Assembly: GCF_000284455.1 (NCBI RefSeq)
Contig: NC_017039.1
Coordinates: 1,740,001-1,772,000, forward strand
DNA from: Synechocystis sp. PCC 6803 substr. PCC-P
GTDB lineage: Bacteria > Cyanobacteriota > Cyanobacteriia > Cyanobacteriales > Microcystaceae
Direction: 5' to 3'
DNA length: 32,000 nucleotides
Part shown: one piece after another, positions 18,969 through 26,297 of the stretch
Layout: each line of letters begins with the position of its first letter
Position numbering within the stretch: position 1 is the stretch's first letter
The notes under the pieces: model-generated
Told to the model about the DNA's origin: nothing
Database searches by the model: none
The model's input: the letters and a program-made list of their open reading frames with translations, nothing else
Program-made: the position numbers and the translations under genes

Positions 18969-21452
18969 ATGGATAAACCCAGTTCCTTTTTCGTTGTAGA
19001 TTCTGAAGGTTCTCAAATACTTAGGGAAATTTGCATTATTAATCACTGTGGGGAAGTGGTATATGAAGCATTGGTGGATGAAGTCTTAGCAGATCGAGCA
19101 CAGGGTTTAAAAGTTTTTCCTCTGAAACAGGTGTTGGAAAATTTTTGGCGCATCACCCATGGGCATTTAGTCATTTTCCATTATGCTGACCATGACTGCC
19201 GTGTCTTACGAAATAGCTGTTTGCAGGTGGGCATTCCTTGGCGGCCAATAAGCACCCAATGTACTATTGAGTTGGCCAAGGAAAAATATCCCGGCCTAAG
19301 CAGTTACTCTTTGGAGTTTTTGAGCAAAAAATTTTTCTTAAAGGTTGAAGGCAAGTATTTCAACCAAGAATCGGCGCACCGCGCTCGCTACGATGCCCTT
19401 TTCACCCACCAGTTATACAATTTTTTACAAGATTGCAACGGCTTTTCCAAATCAATGAATATTGGCATTAATCCTTTTTCTTCCAGTAGAGTTGACACCC
19501 CTTTTCAGGAACACGTTGATGCAAAAGCTATTTATCAACAACAATTTGAACAACTGAAGGCAATCATTAAGGAAGTCAGACAGGATAAAAATCGACAATC
19601 TAAGGGTGTAGTAGTGACAGGGATTCCTGGATCAGGGAAAACCCACCTGATGATGCGGCTCACCAAGGAAATTTTACAGATAAACCGAGTATTATTCATA
19701 CGCCACCCCAACAATCAAGAATCAATCATTTACCATATTTACAGCCGCATTTTAGAATCGTTCATTTATCAAATTCCCGGCACTAGTTATAGTCAGCTAG
19801 AGTTTTTGCTGGCCCATAGTTTTACTAAATTAATTAGCCAAATGAAAAATATTCGGCTGACCCAAAAAGATCAACATATAGTCGATATTGTCCAGCAAAA
19901 CCCCTTAAATATTTATCAGCTACTAGGAACGGAAGGAACAGATAAGAAACGGGATTACTGGGATCACATTGAAAAAAGAGCCAGTGAATGGTGGACAGAG
20001 CACTATGGCATTGGAGGAAATAGCCCTGAAATTATTAAGGGAATTATCAAATTTTGTCGCTATACAGAACGTTATCGTCAACAGACCACTGCACGTTGGT
20101 TGGCCGGACAAGAATTGAGTGAAGAAGATTTAATGTTATTGGGTTTGAGTAATTGGCATGAAAACCTGGGTAAGGAGGGCTTTTCCCTGGAAGCAATTTC
20201 AGTTTTCAGTAAATTATCCTTGTTGGACGAGCCGTTAGTAATGGTATTTGATCAATTGGAAGTGCTGGGTTTACCCAAAAACCAGAGCTTATTAATTGGC
20301 TTCGGCGAAGCGCTTAAGGAAATTTTTACCCATGTGCCCAACTGTTTGGTTATCCTAAACCTTTTTCCAGATCGGTGGCAATATTTTCAGTCCCATTGGG
20401 ATTCTTCCGTGGTGGAAAGGGTAGGCCAATATCACATTAATCTTGACCGTCCAGACGATCAATTGATGGGTCAGGTGTTGATGACCAAGGCTGATGCAGT
20501 AGGGGTTAAGCTCACGGATATATTTAGTGAGCAAGAAATTACCTCCCTTTTGCGCTCACCGTCAATTCGTCACTTGATCAATAATGCTTCCAAACTTTAT
20601 TCTGCTAAGGCTAATGGATCTGGCATCATCCCTCAGAATTTCGACCTTGGTAACAAAAATCTTGATTTCGAGCAAAGATTAAATTTACTGGAAAATGGAT
20701 TAAGTGATTTGCAAGCAAAAATTTACGACATTGGCTTGACTTTAACAAACTTTTTTGCTCCTACAAGCCAGAATGTAAGCAAAGCATTAATTGGTAATCC
20801 CGTGGGGGAAACTAATCAAAATAATGAAATTGACGCTGATCTTAATTTCAATTTTTTCATTACAGAAAATCAGTCGCAACAATCGCTAGAAATACAGGTA
20901 AAAGATTTCTTCTGCCAAAATCGTGAAATCTTAAAAGATGATTATCAAAAACTACAAATAATCACTGAATCCGATGATATTGGCAAACTAAAAATTATTT
21001 TGGAAGCCCTTAACTCAATACACTCTTTCAAAACTGATTTTCTTAGTCTGGGCAGAAAAAGGTTACCAGAACATATCTTGATTCGTACCGCTAAAGCCTC
21101 AACAGTCATCGCATTTTTGCACCGCGATGGTAGTCAATTTACCAACTATATTAAGAACTTTAATCAATTGGTGTCATTGGAGAAGAGGCATCAATTTCAC
21201 CTCTGGCGAGATCGACGGCAAAAGGCTATCACCGGCAAAGTTGGCCGGGAAGAAATTGAAAAACTCAATAATTCTGCCAACGGACAATTTCAATTTATGG
21301 AAGAGCGGGAACGGGTGGACTTTGAGCTGTTGTATTTGTTGATCACAGCAATTTATAACCAGGACATAGAGCTGGAAATAGGGCAGGCTTGGTCGATCGC
21401 CTGTGGGGAATTAAGGCATAACTGGTTGGTTCAACTGTTAGACCATGGTTGA
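18969..21452 (+). CDS. Fusion protein: N-terminal DEDDh (DnaQ-like) 3'-5' exonuclease, central P-loop NTPase, uncharacterised C-terminal region
   Basis: Residues are numbered from the TTG at 18951. Exo I is VVDSEG (D17/E19, nt 18999-19007). Exo II is HYADHDCRVL (D82, nt 19194-19196). Exo III is H143-x4-D148 (AHRARYDAL, nt 19377-19394). Walker A is GIPGSGKT (nt 19620-19643). A Walker-B-like stretch is LSLLDEPLVMVFDQLE (nt 20214-20261). I could not assign the last ~350 aa. The probable ATG start is at 18969 (MDKPSSFF). Confidence 0.8.
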   Translation: MDKPSSFFVVDSEGSQILREICIINHCGEVVYEALVDEVLADRAQGLKVFPLKQVLENFWRITHGHLVIFHYADHDCRVLRNSCLQVGIPWRPISTQCTIELAKEKYPGLSSYSLEFLSKKFFLKVEGKYFNQESAHRARYDALFTHQLYNFLQDCNGFSKSMNIGINPFSSSRVDTPFQEHVDAKAIYQQQFEQLKAIIKEVRQDKNRQSKGVVVTGIPGSGKTHLMMRLTKEILQINRVLFIRHPNNQESIIYHIYSRILESFIYQIPGTSYSQLEFLLAHSFTKLISQMKNIRLTQKDQHIVDIVQQNPLNIYQLLGTEGTDKKRDYWDHIEKRASEWWTEHYGIGGNSPEIIKGIIKFCRYTERYRQQTTARWLAGQELSEEDLMLLGLSNWHENLGKEGFSLEAISVFSKLSLLDEPLVMVFDQLEVLGLPKNQSLLIGFGEALKEIFTHVPNCLVILNLFPDRWQYFQSHWDSSVVERVGQYHINLDRPDDQLMGQVLMTKADAVGVKLTDIFSEQEITSLLRSPSIRHLINNASKLYSAKANGSGIIPQNFDLGNKNLDFEQRLNLLENGLSDLQAKIYDIGLTLTNFFAPTSQNVSKALIGNPVGETNQNNEIDADLNFNFFITENQSQQSLEIQVKDFFCQNREILKDDYQKLQIITESDDIGKLKIILEALNSIHSFKTDFLSLGRKRLPEHILIRTAKASTVIAFLHRDGSQFTNYIKNFNQLVSLEKRHQFHLWRDRRQKAITGKVGREEIEKLNNSANGQFQFMEERERVDFELLYLLITAIYNQDIELEIGQAWSIACGELRHNWLVQLLDHG

Positions 21453-21481
21453 ATCCCGGCGATGGGAACCGAAATTTTTTT

Positions 21482-21907
21482 CTAGCCTTTAAGGCTATAG
21501 ACACGCTGCCATTGCTCTTCTGTGACCCGAAAGTTGGTGCTGTTGGGAGCCCGAATAACCAGTAAATCCCGTAAAATCTGGTCCTGTTTGAGTTCGTGGC
21601 GGCGGAGGGGTTGGCCCAGCAACTTGCGTAGGAATCTGAGCTGTACCCTCGGTTTATCCAACTTAGCTTGGTCAGACATTAGCCAATATTGCCCATCGGG
21701 TAGCTCTGGGTAAATTTCCGGCGGCTTAGTTACTTCGGCAATGGCATAAATCCCTGCTTCTGGCCCGGCCATCCAGATCAAAGCCCGATCGCCAACTTGA
21801 ATTTCTTTGCTATAACGGGTCACCAACCAGGGCAATTCCTCTTGCTCCTCAATGGCTTGAAGAATGCGATAGTACTTAGGATTGCCTTGAAATAACCAGT
21901 AGGCCAT
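21482..21907 (-). CDS. Stand-alone EVE-domain (PUA-like) protein
   Basis: MAYWLFQGNPKYYRILQAIEE...WLVTRYSKEIQVGDRALIWMAGPEAGIYAIAEV matches the usual EVE pattern as I remember it (YWLfq.NP...W.v.r....i..GD....w..g...GIyaiaev). 141 aa. Its stop lies 29 nt from the stop of the convergent fusion gene. Confidence 0.7.
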   Translation of the reverse strand: MAYWLFQGNPKYYRILQAIEEQEELPWLVTRYSKEIQVGDRALIWMAGPEAGIYAIAEVTKPPEIYPELPDGQYWLMSDQAKLDKPRVQLRFLRKLLGQPLRRHELKQDQILRDLLVIRAPNSTNFRVTEEQWQRVYSLKG

Positions 21908-22028
21908 GGTGGGGTCGCGAATCAGAACAACTGCGGTGGGAACTGGGCCGGGGGAATAAAATTATCCCTCTTTCATCAGACTGAGGGAATTAAAATGGAG
22001 ATAAAAGGCTGAAAAGCCCGGAGGGAGA

Positions 22029-22412
22029 ATGACAAAGACAAGAGAGGCGAAAAAGACAGTACAGTGTGTAGACACATATAGTGAATTGTATAAAGATATA
22101 TTTCCAGAAGTGAGGTCTTATGAGTCATTTAAATATATCATTGTGGGAATATTAAGTGATATAAAAAGAAAGAGTCTACCTGCAATAGCATCATCACTAG
22201 GATTGAAAAATGAACAGGGACTACTGCATTTTATGACAGATTCTCCTTGGGAATTAAAAGAATTAGAAAAAAGAAGATTAAATATTATCTTAGAAGTTTT
22301 AGAAGGAAGAGAAATAATAGTAATAATAGATGAAACAGGAGACCCCAAAAAAAGGGAAAACAACAGATTATGTAAAAAGACAATACATTGGAAATTTAGG
22401 AAAAATAGAAAC
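22029..22412 (+). pseudogene. N-terminal fragment of a DDE transposase (IS701/IS4-superfamily-like), frameshifted and truncated
   Basis: ...KRKSLPAIASSLGLKNEQGLLHFMTDSPWELKELEKRRLNIILEVL.GREIIVIIDETGDPKK continues in the +1 frame as GKTTDYVKRQYIGNLGKIE, after an A7 run at 22347-22353. The similarity then stops, and no DDE catalytic core is present. The segment is extremely AT-rich: 12/60 G+C in nt 22261-22320 by hand count. Confidence 0.7.
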
Positions 22413-22419
22413 CCGACTT

Positions 22420-22601
22420 TTAATGTGGGGTAATAGAACGCCCAGCAAATTAATAACCAAATCATCGTGGGGAATACTGCTACCAGTCATAGCTAGGATT
22501 TCCCCGTCAATGTACTCGTGGCAGATTTCTTGTTTCGCTTCCCAGGCTAGATATTCCTCTGGGGTCAATGGGGTCGGTCGGAGGTCGGGCGAAGCAATCA
22601 T
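22420..22601 (-). pseudogene. N-terminal stub of a Uma2-family (DUF820, PD-(D/E)xK-like) endonuclease gene
   Basis: MIASPDLRPTPLTPEEYLAWEAKQEICHEYIDGEILAMTGSSIPHDDLVINLLGVLL is the typical Uma2 N-terminus. The frame then runs into antisense transposase DNA and stops, leaving about 60 of an expected ~190 aa. The boundary at about 22412-22421 is approximate. Confidence 0.6.
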
Positions 22602-22622
22602 GGTTAATTTGCCGCCAATTTG

Positions 22623-22630
22623 GCGATCGC
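22623..22630. repeat. HIP1 octamer; the first copy after the stretch with no HIP1
   Basis: Exact GCGATCGC. Confidence 0.85.
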
Positions 22631-22753
22631 CATTAGGTTGATCAACAATCACATTTACATTTTAAATTAAAGACAAGTTTTCCAAAATCGACCGAATATC
22701 GCCGTAAACCTGTGGGAAAATCCCTTCAATCATATTTTTAATCCCCCGTCCCT

Positions 22754-23866
22754 ATGAAACGCCGTCAACTCCTTGGCCAATCGGCGATCGCCGCTGGAAC
22801 TGCTGCTGGTTTAGTTGCCTGTGGCAAGGCCACCACCTCCAATAATCAAGCCACCGCTGGAGGAGAACTGCCAAATATTCGTTGGCGCATGGTCACCAGT
22901 TGGCCCAAATCCCTCGACACTCTTTTTGGGGGCGCTGAGGACTTCTGCAAGGCGATCGCCGCCATGACCGGGGGTAAATTCCAGATTACGCCCTACGCCG
23001 CTGGGGAAATTGTGCCGGGGTTAGAGGTGCTAGACGCAGTACAAAATGGCACCGTTGAATGTGGCCACACCGCCAGTTATTACTACATCGGCAAAAATCC
23101 GGCCCTGGGTTTTGCCTGCGTGATGCCCTTTGGTTTGACGGCCCAACAACAAAATGCATGGCTCTATGCCGGGGGGGGGTTGGAAATGATCCAAAAAGTT
23201 TACAGCGACTTTAATATCATTAACTTCACCGCCGGTAACACCGGGGCTCAGATGGCTGGTTGGTTTAAAAAGCCAGTGGAATCCCTAGCGGATTTGCGGG
23301 GTTTAAAAATGCGGATTCCCGGCTTGGGAGGGCAGGTAATGGCTCAACTAGGGGTCAACGTCCAGGTGATTCCTGGGGGAGAACTATTCCTAGCTCTAGA
23401 CCGGGGCACCATTGACGCAGCGGAATGGGTAGGGCCCTACGACGACGAAAAGTTAGGGCTAAATAAGGCGGCCAAATACTATTACTATCCCGGTTGGTGG
23501 GAGCCAGGCCCCAGCTTGGACGTATTGGTAAACCAAAGCCAATGGGCGAAATTGCCGCCGGAATACCAAGCTATTTTCCAGGAAGCGGCCCGTAGTGCCA
23601 ATCTATTGATGCTATCCCGTTATGAAACTTTTAATAGCATTGCCCTGAAAACATTACTGGATGGAGGCACAATTCTGAAATCCTTTTCTCCAGAAATTTT
23701 AACAGTGGCCCAGGAAACTTCCCGAGCATTGCTAGCAGAATTTGCCAGTAAAGATGCCCAATTTAAGGAAATTTATCAACAATGGCAAACATTCCGCAGT
23801 CAAATGTTTAGTTGGAATGCAATCAATGAACTTAGCTATACTAAATTCGTCGAAAAAGCTCCCTAA
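22754..23866 (+). CDS. TRAP-type (DctP family) periplasmic solute-binding protein, Tat/lipoprotein signal
   Basis: MKRRQLLGQSAIAAGTAAGLVACG combines a twin-Arg signal with a lipobox. A DctP-like body follows (RWRMVTSWPKSLD..., GLKMRIPGLGGQV, GTIDAAEWVGPYDD). No DctQ or DctM membrane genes lie nearby. Confidence 0.82.
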   Translation: MKRRQLLGQSAIAAGTAAGLVACGKATTSNNQATAGGELPNIRWRMVTSWPKSLDTLFGGAEDFCKAIAAMTGGKFQITPYAAGEIVPGLEVLDAVQNGTVECGHTASYYYIGKNPALGFACVMPFGLTAQQQNAWLYAGGGLEMIQKVYSDFNIINFTAGNTGAQMAGWFKKPVESLADLRGLKMRIPGLGGQVMAQLGVNVQVIPGGELFLALDRGTIDAAEWVGPYDDEKLGLNKAAKYYYYPGWWEPGPSLDVLVNQSQWAKLPPEYQAIFQEAARSANLLMLSRYETFNSIALKTLLDGGTILKSFSPEILTVAQETSRALLAEFASKDAQFKEIYQQWQTFRSQMFSWNAINELSYTKFVEKAP

Positions 23867-25953
23867 CCGAGGCAAAATCTTTGGAAATTGCCTTCTGCTA
23901 GGAAAGCCGTAATTTCTGCTTCTGAAAGGGGATGACTAAACCAATAACCTTGCATTTCTCGGCAACCTAAATCGTAGAGACAACGAGCTTGGGGCTCCTC
24001 CTCTATACCTTCAGCAATAATGTTTAAATTAAAACCATTGCCCAACAGCAGCATGGCCTGAATAATGGCAGCATCCTTGGGGGTGTGGAGGATATCTTTA
24101 GTAAAGGAACGATCAATTTTCAGGGTATTGAAAGGAAAGGTTTTAAGATAGGAAAGGGAAGAATAGCCAGTGCCAAAATCATCCATGGAAAGCCGAATAC
24201 CGTGGGATTGCAGAGCATTGAGGAGATTTTGGGTAGCTGTGACGTTCTGCATGACAATATTTTCGGTAATTTCCACCTCAAGACGATGGGGAGGGAGGGA
24301 AGACTCTGCCAAAATACGTAAAATTGTTGGCAACAAATCCGGAGCTTGGAACTGTTGGGGAGACAGATTAATGGCAATGCGAAAATCATCGTCTACCGCC
24401 GGAGCCCAATGGTGGAAATGTTGAAAAGCTGTACGCATAATCCATTCCCCCACGGGAATAATTAGGCCAGTGGTTTCCAGCAAACCAATGAATAATCCTG
24501 GAGATACTAAACCGTGAATGGGATGTTGCCAACGAATCAGAGCTTCCACTCCACAAAGGCGACCGGATTGCACATCAATAATCGGTTGGTAATAAAGCAA
24601 GAATTCATCCCTTTCCAAAGCCTGGTGTAGGGCATGCTCCAATTGAATTCTTTCTAAATGGTCACTATTCATGGACTCTTCATAGAAGCAGTATTGCCGA
24701 CTGCCGATGTCCTTAACTTCGTTTAATGCTATTCCCACTCGGTTCAGCAAAATTTCCACGTTATCACCATGGTTGGGATAACAGGCAATGCCCGCATAGC
24801 CCTGGAGGTAAAGGGGATTATTAGCAATGAAAAATGGTCTTTTTAGCACTGCCAACAGTCGTCGCACAAAAACTTCAATTTCGTCGAGGTTACGGCAGGA
24901 TTGAATTAACAATATAAAAGTATCTCCACGCCACCGGCAAAGTAAATCTTCTAATCTCACATGGGCGGATAATCTTTCCGTGATAATTTTGAGTACTTCA
25001 TCGGCGACGCTGTGCCCCAGCAAGTCATTTAAAGATTGCAGTTCTCGGAAACCTAAAAGCACTAAACCTAAAACACTGCTTTGATTCTGAACGTTACTTA
25101 GGACTTTACCCAATTCTTGCTTGAACAAAAAGCGGTTGGGCAAGTCCGTTAGGGGATCATAAAAAGCTTGGTAATGAATTGATTGCTCAATTACTTTACG
25201 CTCTGTGATATCGAAAATGTAACTACGTATAAACTGACTTTCGGCGGGATAGTGAATATGTTGCTCATAAAATTTATCTCCTATTTGTACCTCTCTAGTG
25301 CGGAGATAGTAAATGGGAGTATCTTCCCTTTGGGGAATAATATCTTTGAGTAGGGGATGGGCCATGGAATCTTTCTGAATGGAGGGAAACTTTTCCTTAG
25401 TAGCTGTGTTCAGATAGGTCAAGTTGCCGAAGTAATCGATCTCCACCATGGGGTAGGGACTATATTCAATACAGGCGGCTAGTTTAGATAGCTTTTCATG
25501 GCTCAGTTGGGATAAGTCATCCTCGTGGCCAATCAGAGTGATGTCCCATTGTTCCTGGGGAAAATGCTCTGATAGATCTGGGGTTAACCGCTGGCGATCG
25601 CCGCCGCCGGAGATAGTATCTTTGGGGTCGGTGGGGATGGCCTGATAGAAAATTTGAATATCTTCCGATAGGGCGATGACGTCTCCATGCACCAACTCAT
25701 AATCTAGATGGGATTCACCGTTAACCCACACTCCATTACGACTGCGATGACCTTCTAAATCTCCATCAATGATGTGGAAGGAGATATCTAAATTAGGATT
25801 AATTTTTTTGATTAGGGTGGCGTGGCGACGGGAAATTTGGGGAGAAGGAATAACAATGGTGTTGCTCGGATGACGGCCAATGGAATAACAAGAATTTTGT
25901 AAACGAATGACCTTTTTAAACGAGGGTGAATCAACGACCAATTGATAAAGCAT
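23863..25953 (-). CDS. FHA - PAS-like - degenerate GGDEF - EAL signalling protein (probable c-di-GMP phosphodiesterase)
   Basis: FHA motifs are present (SIGRHPSNTIVIPSPQISRRHATL...SRNGVWVNG). The GGDEF domain has its active-site motif degenerated to RGDTF. The EAL domain has EALIRW, DDFGTGYSS, KIDRSF and EGIE intact. 696 aa. Confidence 0.88.
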   Translation of the reverse strand: MLYQLVVDSPSFKKVIRLQNSCYSIGRHPSNTIVIPSPQISRRHATLIKKINPNLDISFHIIDGDLEGHRSRNGVWVNGESHLDYELVHGDVIALSEDIQIFYQAIPTDPKDTISGGGDRQRLTPDLSEHFPQEQWDITLIGHEDDLSQLSHEKLSKLAACIEYSPYPMVEIDYFGNLTYLNTATKEKFPSIQKDSMAHPLLKDIIPQREDTPIYYLRTREVQIGDKFYEQHIHYPAESQFIRSYIFDITERKVIEQSIHYQAFYDPLTDLPNRFLFKQELGKVLSNVQNQSSVLGLVLLGFRELQSLNDLLGHSVADEVLKIITERLSAHVRLEDLLCRWRGDTFILLIQSCRNLDEIEVFVRRLLAVLKRPFFIANNPLYLQGYAGIACYPNHGDNVEILLNRVGIALNEVKDIGSRQYCFYEESMNSDHLERIQLEHALHQALERDEFLLYYQPIIDVQSGRLCGVEALIRWQHPIHGLVSPGLFIGLLETTGLIIPVGEWIMRTAFQHFHHWAPAVDDDFRIAINLSPQQFQAPDLLPTILRILAESSLPPHRLEVEITENIVMQNVTATQNLLNALQSHGIRLSMDDFGTGYSSLSYLKTFPFNTLKIDRSFTKDILHTPKDAAIIQAMLLLGNGFNLNIIAEGIEEEPQARCLYDLGCREMQGYWFSHPLSEAEITAFLAEGNFQRFCLG

Positions 25954-26167
25954 AGGAGCGTTACAGGAAAAAAGCTGAGCCTGAAGAAAAATAGTTTTAG
26001 AGAGTGACTATTGTCGCGACTAGGGAACAATTATTGATCACCACTCCAACCAGTTACCACTGAGAGGAAATAAATAATAGAACAATCTGATTTGTATCCG
26101 TTGATGCCATCATTTAGATTCCCCAACTAATAGTAGCCCACACAATAATTATTCAGCCACTATATTC

Positions 26168-26197
26168 TTTGTCCTATTATTGTCAAGCTAGGACAAA
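26168..26197. promoter_or_regulatory. Inverted repeat TTTGTCCT-N14-AGGACAAA upstream of ocp
   Basis: Perfect 8-bp arms read directly from the sequence. It lies about 100 nt upstream of the ocp ATG in the 345-bp divergent intergenic region. Confidence 0.3.
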
Positions 26198-26297
26198 CTT
26201 TTAGAAAAAATCTGGGTTTTCATTCGGTTTTCCGATCCTAAAGGGGGCTACCAAACCATGGTAAATTCTGGGGAAAGTTGATTCACGTATAAAACCT

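Noticed and set aside
22347-22353. A7 run in the transposase fragment as a programmed ribosomal frameshift site
   Set aside because: The downstream frame carries only about 20 more transposase-like residues before homology ends, and no catalytic domain exists. A decay mutation in a dead fragment is the simpler explanation.
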